Shown in pieces: positions 1 to 8,040 of a DNA stretch of 40,886 nucleotides. The stretch's first letter is position 1. Each line of letters begins with the position of its first letter. Both the position numbers and the translations under genes were made by a program. The notes beneath the pieces are model-generated. The model had not been told where the DNA came from and searched no databases. It worked only from the letters and a program-made list of their open reading frames with translations. Source of the DNA: Candidatus Binatia bacterium (GTDB taxonomy: Bacteria; Desulfobacterota; Binatia; Bin18); NCBI GenBank assembly GCA_963666315.2, contig CAXXHG010000012.1:1-40886 (forward strand). The letters run 5' to 3'.

Positions 1-273
1 GAACAAAACGAACAGGATGAACAGCAGGCAAACGGACAAGAAAAGGAATCAACTGAATCCTCGCAACCAGACCAGTCAGAGCAGTCAGAGCAGTCAGAGC
101 AGTCAGAGCAAGCGGGCCAGACACCTCAAACTCAGCAAGACCAGCAGAACCACATGTCATCAGACGAGGCTCGATCCGTCATCGATACTGCACGGAACGA
201 GGAACTCAGCCCAGAAGAGTTTGCGCAGCAATCCCAACGTGGAACAGTCGCTGAACCGGCGCGAGATTGGTAG
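1..273 (+). CDS. C-terminal part of a BatB/BatC-like protein (Q/E-rich linker, ends in DW); 5'-truncated by the window
   Basis: Frame 1 is open from base 1 (EQNEQDEQQ...EARSVIDTARNEE...EPARDW*, TAG 271-273). The Q/E-rich tail and terminal DW are typical of the gene preceding batD. Not called in the ORF track. Confidence 0.75.
   Translation, partial: EQNEQDEQQANGQEKESTESSQPDQSEQSEQSEQSEQAGQTPQTQQDQQNHMSSDEARSVIDTARNEELSPEEFAQQSQRGTVAEPARDW
73..108 (+). repeat. 9-bp tandem repeat (CAGTCAGAG)x4 encoding (QSE)4
   Basis: Four exact copies read directly, in frame with the 1..273 CDS. Confidence 0.95.
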
Positions 274-282
274 AGGTTGGTA

Positions 283-2172
283 ATGAAAAGGATAGCGTTA
301 GCCATGTGGTGCTTCCTCTTCTTCTTTCGCAGTCTAGGAATACTCTTCCTTCAGCAGGCTGAGGCTGCGGATATCAGTGTGCAGGCAACCGCTCGGCCTC
401 AGTATGCCACGGTCGGCGGGGCACTCATTTTATCAATTGCTATTACAGGAGCACAGAATGCGCCTGCCCCAGCGATTAATGTTGACGGGTTTACTATCAA
501 TTATCTTGGCCCTTCAACCCAGATCACGATTACCAACGGCCAGGTCAACAGGTCTGTTCGGCATCGCTACTCCCTCGTAGCGCTGAAGTCGGGTCAGTTC
601 ACGCTCGGCCCATTTACGGTTGAATATCAAGGGCGGCAATACCACACCGCTCCTCTCAAGGTGACAATTGCAGCAGCCCAGCAGCCATCCCCACCTGTCC
701 AACCGTCCGCTCAAGGCAGAACAAAACCGTCCCAACAAGTTGGAGATAGGGATAAGGCTCTGTATCTGAGCCTCACGGTAGCCCAACACGAGATCTATCT
801 GCATGAACGTATCCCAGTCGATGTGAACCTCTACGTGGGCGCAGCGCGTGTATCAGACGTCCAGTATCCAACATTCCTAAAGGATGGATTTTCCGTCGAG
901 CCCTTTGCAAAGCCAGTCCAAAATCAGCAGACAATCAATGGCAGGACGTTCACCGTCCTACATTTTCAGACAGAGGTCATCCCGCTGCGTACCGGCAGCC
1001 TGGCCCTCGGTCCAGCCACCCTCCAGCTCAATATTCTTACCCGACGTCGGGGCGGCTCACTTTCGAGTGACCCTTTCTTCGATCGTTTTTTCCAAAACGA
1101 CTTCTTCTCTAGCTTTTCTTCCGAACGACGGCGACTCAATCTGCGTTCCGATCCTCTCACCCTCACCGTCCTCCCGCTTCCGGAAGAAGGCAAGCCGGTC
1201 AATTTCTCTGGCGCAGTCGGAACGTTCACACTCGATGTGACGGCTGCACCAACGGAACTCAATGCCGGTGACCCGATTACCATCCACATGCGCATCAGCG
1301 GCGACGGTAATCTCGTTGATGCCGTCCCTCCGACGTTCGTGGATACAACAGGCTTTCGGACCTATGAGCCACTTGCTGGGAAAACGAACGGAGCAACAAA
1401 ATCCTTTGAACAAGTTCTCATCCCCCAGGATATGAGCCTCCAGTCCATTCCGGCGGTTCAGTTTAGTTATTTCGATCCACAGGCGAGGCGCTATCGAACT
1501 GTCGAAAGCCAACCGATTGCCTTAGTCGTGCGCCCAGCGGAAAATACAGCACAGAAAATGGTGGTCACGGGAACCTCTGATGCCTCCACGCCGCAAAACC
1601 AAGAAGGGCGAGCGGAACGGGAAGAGTCGGAAGAGCTGGGTCGGGACATTGTGTATATTAAAGATGATCCCGGTCAGCTCGTTCCTCAAGCCAGGCCATG
1701 GTATGGCAGCGTTGGTTTTCTTCTGTGGCACCCCTTCCCGGTGCTGCTCTTTATCTCGGCATGGTGGTATGACCAGCGGCGGCGGCGGCTGAGTGGTGAT
1801 CTTCGCTATGCGCGCTTTACCGCAGCAGGGAAACAGGCTCGCCAAGGTTTGGCTGACGCCGAGCGCCTCCTGACGCAAGGGGATGAGCAAACCTTCTACA
1901 CGACGATCGTCCAGATGTTACAAGGCTATTTATCTGCCAAGCTAGACCTGCCACTCGGTGGGATAGAGTCAAATACGCTACACAGTCGTGGTGTATCTCA
2001 GACATGTATTCAGCAGATCGAGACAGTCTGGGAGACTTGTGAACACATTCGTTTTGCTCAGGGAGCGCCGGGAGCAGTAGGTAAAAGCAGCCATGAGATC
2101 CTCTCCCTCATCCGCGACATCATTGACCAGCTTGAACGTGATCATCGCCAGTTCCAAACGCTTGCCGCTTAG
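283..2172 (+). CDS. batD: BatD family protein
   Basis: Signal peptide, repeated Ig-like BatD segments, 'FSGAVGTF' motif, C-terminal TM helix, bat operon context. ATG 283 preferred over TTG 277. Confidence 0.85.
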   Translation: MKRIALAMWCFLFFFRSLGILFLQQAEAADISVQATARPQYATVGGALILSIAITGAQNAPAPAINVDGFTINYLGPSTQITITNGQVNRSVRHRYSLVALKSGQFTLGPFTVEYQGRQYHTAPLKVTIAAAQQPSPPVQPSAQGRTKPSQQVGDRDKALYLSLTVAQHEIYLHERIPVDVNLYVGAARVSDVQYPTFLKDGFSVEPFAKPVQNQQTINGRTFTVLHFQTEVIPLRTGSLALGPATLQLNILTRRRGGSLSSDPFFDRFFQNDFFSSFSSERRRLNLRSDPLTLTVLPLPEEGKPVNFSGAVGTFTLDVTAAPTELNAGDPITIHMRISGDGNLVDAVPPTFVDTTGFRTYEPLAGKTNGATKSFEQVLIPQDMSLQSIPAVQFSYFDPQARRYRTVESQPIALVVRPAENTAQKMVVTGTSDASTPQNQEGRAEREESEELGRDIVYIKDDPGQLVPQARPWYGSVGFLLWHPFPVLLFISAWWYDQRRRRLSGDLRYARFTAAGKQARQGLADAERLLTQGDEQTFYTTIVQMLQGYLSAKLDLPLGGIESNTLHSRGVSQTCIQQIETVWETCEHIRFAQGAPGAVGKSSHEILSLIRDIIDQLERDHRQFQTLAA

Positions 2173-2184
2173 CACCCAGGGATC

Positions 2185-2946
2185 ATGAGACCGCTTCTTC
2201 TCGGCTTCATATTTATTTCTTGGGCCGCCGCAATTTCTCTGGCCGCTGATACTCAAACAACGCCCCAGACCGCCTTTTTCCAAGCCAACACGCTCTATAC
2301 CCAAGGTCAGTACGCCGCTGCTGCTGAGGCTTACGAGACAGTCCTTCAGTCCGGCTTCGCGAGCGGTAATGTGTATTTCAATCTTGGCAACGCCTATTTT
2401 AGGGACGGGCAGGCAGGCAAAGCTATTTTGAACTATGAACGGGCGCGACGTTTTCTCCCCAGTGATCCAGACTTAGCGGCGAACTTACAATTCGCACGCT
2501 CACTCACCGGCGCGGAGGGGTGCCAGTTACCACTCTGGCAGCGCTTAGTCTTTCCTCTTGCCCATACCCTGGCAACAGACAGCTTTGTCTGGTTCACGAG
2601 CGTTGCTTATACTTTGCTCTTTGTGATTTTCGCCGTGTACTATCTCTGGCCGCTGCGTCCTCAGTGGCTCTTATATGCAGGCTGGGGATTAGCCGCACTG
2701 CTTTTTGTCATGACGACTTCGCTGATACAGCAAGTCCGAACAGACGATTTACAAAGAAAGGCGGTCGTCCTTGCAAAAGAAGACTCTCCAGTTCGTTTCG
2801 AGCCAGCTGATAATGGTACGGTCCATTTCTCTGTCACACAGGGAACATTAATACAAATTCTCGACATTCGAGAAGACTGGTGGCAGGTGGCCCGCTGTGA
2901 TGGTCGGCGGGGCTGGATAGAGAAAGACGTGCTCGAAGAGCTGTAG
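2185..2946 (+). CDS. batE: BatE-like TPR + TM + SH3b protein
   Basis: TPR 'YFNLGNAYFR...AILNYERA', two TM helices, C-terminal SH3b-like 'WWQV...GRRGWI'; follows batD. Confidence 0.85.
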   Translation: MRPLLLGFIFISWAAAISLAADTQTTPQTAFFQANTLYTQGQYAAAAEAYETVLQSGFASGNVYFNLGNAYFRDGQAGKAILNYERARRFLPSDPDLAANLQFARSLTGAEGCQLPLWQRLVFPLAHTLATDSFVWFTSVAYTLLFVIFAVYYLWPLRPQWLLYAGWGLAALLFVMTTSLIQQVRTDDLQRKAVVLAKEDSPVRFEPADNGTVHFSVTQGTLIQILDIREDWWQVARCDGRRGWIEKDVLEEL

Positions 2947-2995
2947 AAATCCACACGCTAGCCCACGGCGGTGAGCAAGGGCGCTTGGGTGACGT

Positions 2996-3406
2996 CTATA
3001 ATGCGGGCCGAAACTTGACCAAGGTCATTTCGTCACTCACATCCTCAAAAGACGTGACAACCGGCATACCAATGGTCACCTGATCAGGCTGGCAGCCTAC
3101 GAGATTCGTGGTGATATGCGGGCCTTCTTCAAGCTCGACAATGGCAATCACGTAGGGAACGTCGTCAGCAAACGCCGGATGCGTCGGTGCCTGGGCAATA
3201 GTGTAGGAATACAGCGTGCCTTTGCCGGACACAGGAATCCATATGAGGTCAGGTGACAAGCATTCTGAACACGCTTCGCGAGGGTAAAAGATATGCGTCC
3301 CACACGCATTGCAACGTTGGATTTGTAGCTCATGCCGTTTGGCCGCATCCCAAAAGGGCTGGGATACTTCGTTTGGATGGGGCAGTGGTTTTTTATAGTC
3401 ACGCAT
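2996..3406 (-). CDS. DUF35 Zn-ribbon/OB-fold protein (thiolase partner)
   Basis: PFW, CxxC...CxxC, 'PYVIAIVELEEG', 'IGMPV' motifs; directly downstream of a thiolase-like gene. Confidence 0.9.
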   Translation of the reverse strand: MRDYKKPLPHPNEVSQPFWDAAKRHELQIQRCNACGTHIFYPREACSECLSPDLIWIPVSGKGTLYSYTIAQAPTHPAFADDVPYVIAIVELEEGPHITTNLVGCQPDQVTIGMPVVTSFEDVSDEMTLVKFRPAL

Positions 3407-3424
3407 AGTTTTACTCCACGTCCC

Positions 3425-4576
3425 CTAGGCACCCAAGACCAGGCTGCACTGCTCGGCCATGATGCCGCCATTGCCATTCACATAACCGATAGCAGCGTCT
3501 TTGATCTGCCGATCTCCTCCACGGCCCATAAGCTGGCGGGCCGCCTCGATGACATGGCTCATGCCACCCGCCAGACCCGGCTGGCCGAAGGACAGTTGCC
3601 CACCGTGCGTATTGCACGGGAAGTCGCCCGCGTAGGACAGGTCGTGCTCTTCAACAAAGCGACCACCCTCACCCTTTTCACAGAACCCGGCATCTTCCAG
3701 CGTGACGATAACGGTAATAGTGTAACAGTCATAGGGCTGCACAAAGTCCATATCCTGTGGTGTAGTTCCAGACATCTGAAAGGCCGCTTCTGCAGCAGGT
3801 TTGACTAACGACGTTGTTAGGCTGCGCGCGTGGGTAATGCTCGAATGTCCGCCAGCTTCACCAGCACCAAGCAATACAACCGGTTTGTTTGGACTATCTT
3901 TCGCCTGTTCCGTGCTGGTAACAATGAATGCCCCACCGCCTGTACATGGACTGACAATCTCAAGCAGGTGTAAGGGATCGACAATCATGCGAGAATTCAA
4001 TACATCATCGATCTCTATTTCTTTGCTTCCAAACAGTGCGCTTGGATTTTTGCACGCACTCTTACGCTGATCCACCGCAACCTTGGCCATTTGTTCGGCA
4101 GTGGTTCCAAACTCGTGCTTATGGCGTTGGGCGATCAGCGCATAACCAGGATTAGCCGCGATTAATCCATACGGAGCATCGAATTCAGCCTCAATACTTG
4201 GGAACGGTGGCATTTGGCGAGCCCGCGCTCTCCGGTCACCGAGCACACACAGCACCGTATTACACATGCCGGCTTCAATGGCTGCAGCGGCACGCCAGAC
4301 CATACCCGCAGCAGAGGCTCCGCCGAGTTCTACCAGGTCAAAATACTTGGGTTGGATTTGCAGATAGTCGACAACAACCGATGGAAACAGCACGCTATAA
4401 TCACTCAGCGCCCAGCCGGTGAGCAGTCCGTCAATATCGCCCTTTTCCAGACCGGCATCGACAATCGCCTCACGGGCCATATTGGCGATAATACCCAGCG
4501 GTGTCATATCGCCCGCCCCTTTTTGTGGTGCCATTTCGGCAAACCCAGAGATGGCGGCTTTTCCTTTAATGGTCAT
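3425..4576 (-). CDS. SCP-x/nonspecific lipid-transfer type thiolase-fold protein lacking the nucleophilic Cys
   Basis: Thiolase fold with 'ELGGAS' at the Cys position, 'YDCY' and 'NTHGGQLS'; GGAGG SD upstream. Confidence 0.85.
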   Translation of the reverse strand: MTIKGKAAISGFAEMAPQKGAGDMTPLGIIANMAREAIVDAGLEKGDIDGLLTGWALSDYSVLFPSVVVDYLQIQPKYFDLVELGGASAAGMVWRAAAAIEAGMCNTVLCVLGDRRARARQMPPFPSIEAEFDAPYGLIAANPGYALIAQRHKHEFGTTAEQMAKVAVDQRKSACKNPSALFGSKEIEIDDVLNSRMIVDPLHLLEIVSPCTGGGAFIVTSTEQAKDSPNKPVVLLGAGEAGGHSSITHARSLTTSLVKPAAEAAFQMSGTTPQDMDFVQPYDCYTITVIVTLEDAGFCEKGEGGRFVEEHDLSYAGDFPCNTHGGQLSFGQPGLAGGMSHVIEAARQLMGRGGDRQIKDAAIGYVNGNGGIMAEQCSLVLGA

Positions 4577-4772
4577 ACTTCCCCTCCTATGGACGACAAA
4601 CGCCCATTCTTATAGCGCAGTCGACAGATGGGGGAAAGGAAAGGGTAGAATATACGGGGCGCCTTACGCCTGGATTAGGTCCGCCTACTGTTTTGTGTGG
4701 ACCGTCATGAGCCTATCGTATCTGGTATTCTTCAACCTTGAGAATCGTATACTTATGTGCGAGGCTTCAGGA

Positions 4773-4991
4773 GTGACTGGAGCCGAGTTTATTCGCCGGA
4801 TTCGGAGAGCTGCTCGAATGCACAGCGAGGAAGTCCATTTTGAAACGCGGCCAGGAAAAGGGAGTCACAGCCGACTTTATTACGCCGGTCGCTTCACAAC
4901 CGTGAAAGATCGTAAGAAAGAGATTGGACCCGGCTTGCTCCGGAAAATGCTCGCCGACCTTGGTTTAAAAAGAGATGATATTGAGGAGTAA
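4773..4991 (+). CDS. hicA: HicA family mRNA interferase toxin
   Basis: 72 aa basic protein with 'GKGSH' catalytic motif and 'EIGPGLLRKMLADLGL'. GTG 4773 has GAGG 8 nt upstream; ATG 4755 is an alternative start. Confidence 0.85.
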   Translation: MTGAEFIRRIRRAARMHSEEVHFETRPGKGSHSRLYYAGRFTTVKDRKKEIGPGLLRKMLADLGLKRDDIEE

Positions 4992-4997
4992 TGAACG

Positions 4998-5432
4998 ATG
5001 AGTGCCTTCAGTTATCCTGCCAGTGTCAAAATCGACTCAGCCGGATTTTATCTGGTGACCTTTCCCGATGTCCCGGAGGCTGGAACTGATGCAGAAACCC
5101 GGGACGAAGCGTTGGGAGAAGCAGTCGATTCTTTGATCGCGGCGCTGGGCGGATATCTTCACGCGCGCAGGGCAACTCCTCAACCGTCAAAGGCAAAACG
5201 AGGGCAGATGATTATTGCTTTACCGACCCTAGTTTCTGCAAAGCTCGCGCTCTACGCAGCCATGCGTGAGGCTGAGGTGACCAATGTTGAACTGGGTAGG
5301 CGACTCGACATCAGTGAAGGTGCAGTTCGGCGATTACTCGACCTTGACCATCGTTCCCATATCGGACAAGTGGAAGCAGGCCTTCAAGCCCTAGGCCGTC
5401 GCCTTATGGTCGAAGTCCAAGCGGCTGCGTAG
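4998..5432 (+). CDS. hicB: HicB family antitoxin with C-terminal HTH
   Basis: 'YLVTFPDVPEAGT...EA' HicB N-domain plus XRE-like HTH 'NVELGRRLDISEGAVRRLLD'; 6 nt after hicA. Confidence 0.9.
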   Translation: MSAFSYPASVKIDSAGFYLVTFPDVPEAGTDAETRDEALGEAVDSLIAALGGYLHARRATPQPSKAKRGQMIIALPTLVSAKLALYAAMREAEVTNVELGRRLDISEGAVRRLLDLDHRSHIGQVEAGLQALGRRLMVEVQAAA

Positions 5433-5448
5433 CCACAAAGAGGCGTCA

Positions 5449-5746
5449 TTAGTGGTGATACCGAGCTTGCAAGAAATCGAGCCGATCTGCGCTTACCAGA
5501 TAGACGAGGCGATGTTCTTGAGTCAGACGGCGAGACCACGTACCAGAGGCCAGGTATTTGAGAGGTTCTGGCTTTCCGATTCCAGAGAAAGGGTCACGAA
5601 AGATTGCTTCAACAAGGTCGAGGGTTCGTAGGGCGACTCGTCGATCAGTTTCAACCCAATAACGGAGGTCTTCGCGGAACTCAGGGTGGAATACAGCGTA
5701 GACGTTCTCCTTCTCTCGAAGGAGAACGTCTACGCTTTTTTGCCAA
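5449..5746 (-). pseudogene. yoeB: Txe/YoeB family toxin with no in-frame start (frameshifted pseudogene or recoded gene)
   Basis: Manual translation of 5697->5449 gives AVFHPEFREDLRYWVETDRRVALRTLDLVEAIFRDPFSGIGKPEPLKYLASGTWSRRLTQEHRLVYLVSADRLDFLQARYHH*. There is no ATG/GTG/TTG in this frame back to TGA at 5790-5788. The candidate TTG at 5746 is in another frame and stops after 21 codons. Confidence 0.85.
5695..5741. terminator. Perfect 19-bp inverted repeat with 4-nt loop; followed by a T-run on the + strand (intrinsic terminator-like)
   Basis: AGCGTAGACGTTCTCCTTC-tctc-GAAGGAGAACGTCTACGCT (5695-5736), with T6 at 5736-5741. The repeat is certain; terminator function is inferred. Confidence 0.6.
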
Positions 5747-6017
5747 GTCCGACCTCTTCCCGGAATTCGTCTATCCCTTGGGGTCGCTCAGTGCGAGCCC
5801 TCGCCCGGTCCAGCGCCCGGAGTAAGCGCTCAGCATTCTTTGGAGATCGAAGAAGATGGGCCGTCTCAGCGAGACTCGCGAGCTCCTCCGCAGAAATGAG
5901 GGCAACATCTTCGCCCCCCCGCCGACTAATAACGACAACTTCTTGATTCTTCGTGACCTCGTCGCAGAGCCGGGCGAAATTTGCCCGGGCATTTGTGTAT
6001 GTCGTATGGATCGCCAT
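5730..6017 (-). CDS. yefM: Phd/YefM family antitoxin
   Basis: 'TYTNARANFARLCDEV...VVISRRGGEDVALIS...ETAHLLRSPKNAERL'; ATG at 6017 (the ORF track extension to 6137 is not needed). Confidence 0.9.
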   Translation of the reverse strand: MAIHTTYTNARANFARLCDEVTKNQEVVVISRRGGEDVALISAEELASLAETAHLLRSPKNAERLLRALDRARARTERPQGIDEFREEVGLGKKA

Positions 6018-6041
6018 AAGCTGACTCAGCGGATCTTTCCC

Positions 6042-6058
6042 GTACAGGAGTCCTGCAC
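6042..6058. promoter_or_regulatory. Palindromic putative YefM operator
   Basis: GTACAGGA-G-TCCTGCAC (8-bp arms, 1 mismatch) about 25 nt upstream of yefM; resembles the TGTACA-core operators of yefM-yoeB. Confidence 0.5.
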
Positions 6059-6076
6059 ATAACAGATTGCTTCTCA

Positions 6077-6631
6077 TCAAGCTACAAAGAGTCCGATCCT
6101 TACGATACTGGTCAGGGTCTGGAAAAACGTTAGGCATCCAGTGGTGGGCAGTACACAGGCATGTGAACGTCTACCCTTTGTGGTAAAACTCGACGTAAAA
6201 ACGGACAGAGGAACAGGCTGGACGGAATGGGCAACCTCAGGAATAACGATACCGGCATGAGCGGAATCTAAGACAAACGTTTTTCCTAATGGCTGTGCGA
6301 TAGAGTAGCTGAGTCCGCCCTCCAAGACGTGAATCTTGGCCCATACCCCAGCTTTAGTTGAATGGGACAAGGTGAGCGCTGTGGGAACTGAGTCCGCATC
6401 GAACACGGCTGTTTTCTTGTAGGGGATAAGATTCTGGGGCAACTCCAGCTCTTCGCAGCGTACACAGTTGAGCATCACTCCGAGTTTTGATTTTCGGCCT
6501 TCTTCACTCGTCGTCCATGCACGATTTTCAAACGGCGGATTATGCCGCACATGCTGCCCGTGACCACAATCCAGGTCTGCCACACAGCCGTTTTCCGGAT
6601 CAAGGTGGAAAGCCACGATTTGACGCTTCAT
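6077..6631 (-). CDS. DUF3565 + DUF1971 (TehB N-terminal-like cupin) fusion, probably frameshifted near the C-terminus
   Basis: 'LDCGHGQHVRHNPP...LNCVRC' followed by 'YKKTAVF...VP..L...HSTKAGVWAKIHVLEG'. The expected end 'VRFYVEFYHKG*' (stop 6173-6171) lies in a different frame after about 6210. Confidence 0.7.
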   Translation of the reverse strand: MKRQIVAFHLDPENGCVADLDCGHGQHVRHNPPFENRAWTTSEEGRKSKLGVMLNCVRCEELELPQNLIPYKKTAVFDADSVPTALTLSHSTKAGVWAKIHVLEGGLSYSIAQPLGKTFVLDSAHAGIVIPEVAHSVQPVPLSVFTSSFTTKGRRSHACVLPTTGCLTFFQTLTSIVRIGLFVA

Positions 6632-7992
6632 TCGCTCGCCCAGATCTTGCCCGGATTCAAAATACCCTGGGGGTCAAAGAGCTGCTTCACACCCTTCATC
6701 AATTCCAGCGCAGGACCATGTTCTTGTGCGACATATTTCTGGCCGCCCAGGCCGATACCGTGTTCGCCGGAGGCAGTGCCACCTATGGAAAGGACAAAGG
6801 CAACCATCTCATCTTTGGCTTGATTGGCAGTTGCCCAGCGGTGTGTATCAGCAGGGTCTTCGCGCAATAATGCATGCAGAATGCCGAGACCCGCATGTCC
6901 AAAGGTGTGCAGGACAACGCCGTGTCGTTCCGCAATAGCGTAACTTTCCTGGATTACGTCGGGCAGCCGGGAGATGGGGAAGCCCATGTCGGTCCGAATT
7001 GTTTTGGCCTGCGGATTGAGCGCCTGAATCGCACGAGTTGTGAAGTGGCGAATGTCCCAGGGATTGCGTTTATCGGGCAGGACAATCAGCGTTCCTTGGT
7101 GTTCTTCACACAGCGTGTGGGCGGTCTGAAAAACCTCAGCCACAGAACTCTCAGTGCCATGCACCTCAATAAATAGAGACGGGTGCTCCTCTAAACCAAA
7201 GTCCTGAAAACGATTGAGGGCTGCTATGCAGCGCCTATCGAGAAACTCCACGGCGGCAAGATCGACACCATAACGCATCATGGTCACGATAGCCGTGACC
7301 GCAGCCTTTTCGGACGGAAATGTGAATGCGCCTTGTCTACGTCCGTGCGGGAGGCCGACCAGGGATAGAGTGAGTTCGGTCGCGATGGCCAGGGTGCCTT
7401 CGGACCCGACTAGCAGCCCGAGCAGATGATAGCCGGAGGACGTTTTTCGACTGCGCGTGCCAAGCTGGAGGACTTCGCCTGTACCAGTCACGACCGTAGC
7501 GGCTTTGACGTGATCGCGCGTCGCACCGTATTTGACCGAATAAATGCCACTTGCATTATTCGCCACCATACCGCCTATCGTGGCAACGTCGGCACTACCG
7601 CCGGGCGACGGCGGGAAAAACAAGCCGCGAGATTTCAGGTGTTCGTTCAAGTCATTGTACACACTGCCCGGCTGAACGGTGACCTGAAGATCCTCAACAT
7701 GCACGGTCAGGATCCGATCCATCCGAGACAGATCCAGCACGATTCCGCCTCGAACGGGAATAGGATTTCCTTCTAAACTGGATCCCGCCCCACGCGCGGT
7801 AAGCGCGATATTTTTTTCATAGGCGCAGCGAACGACCCGACTGACTTCTGCTGTCGTCAGCGGCCAGACAACAATATCAGGCAAAGAAGGCGGACAGGCT
7901 GATTCATCGTGTGCGGCACGCTCGAGGTCGGCCTGCTGGGTTGATACCCGATCAGGAGAAAGAAGCGCCGTCAGATTATCGGGAAGGGCCAT
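6628..7992 (-). CDS. FAD-linked oxidase, D-lactate dehydrogenase/GlcD family
   Basis: 'RGAGSSLEG', 'ATIGGMVANNASG', 'GSEGTL', 'FGHAG', 'SGEHGIG', 'LNPGK' motifs. Confidence 0.88.
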   Translation of the reverse strand: MALPDNLTALLSPDRVSTQQADLERAAHDESACPPSLPDIVVWPLTTAEVSRVVRCAYEKNIALTARGAGSSLEGNPIPVRGGIVLDLSRMDRILTVHVEDLQVTVQPGSVYNDLNEHLKSRGLFFPPSPGGSADVATIGGMVANNASGIYSVKYGATRDHVKAATVVTGTGEVLQLGTRSRKTSSGYHLLGLLVGSEGTLAIATELTLSLVGLPHGRRQGAFTFPSEKAAVTAIVTMMRYGVDLAAVEFLDRRCIAALNRFQDFGLEEHPSLFIEVHGTESSVAEVFQTAHTLCEEHQGTLIVLPDKRNPWDIRHFTTRAIQALNPQAKTIRTDMGFPISRLPDVIQESYAIAERHGVVLHTFGHAGLGILHALLREDPADTHRWATANQAKDEMVAFVLSIGGTASGEHGIGLGGQKYVAQEHGPALELMKGVKQLFDPQGILNPGKIWASE

Positions 7993-8040
7993 ATCATGCT
8001 CCCTGCCAGTGAAATCCGCCCAATCAGTGCAAGATGAGGG

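Noticed and set aside
73-108. Tandem repeats as a CRISPR array
   Set aside because: Contiguous 9-bp units without spacers, and no cas genes.
17-283. Track ORF MNSRQTDKK... (88 aa)
   Set aside because: Wrong frame; frame 1 (1..273) gives the Bat-type Q/E-rich tail ending in DW.
4419-4772. Long N-terminal extension of HicA
   Set aside because: Overlaps the opposite-strand thiolase and the promoter region; HicA proteins are small and a start with an SD exists at 4773.
5735-5746. Canonical A_AAA_AAG slippery heptamer in the TTG 5746 frame as the route to toxin
   Set aside because: A -1 shift from that frame enters the yefM frame and meets TAG after one codon, so it cannot produce YoeB.
4600-6170. 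TA island as a mobile element
   Set aside because: No integrase, transposase, terminal repeats or target-site duplication could be found.
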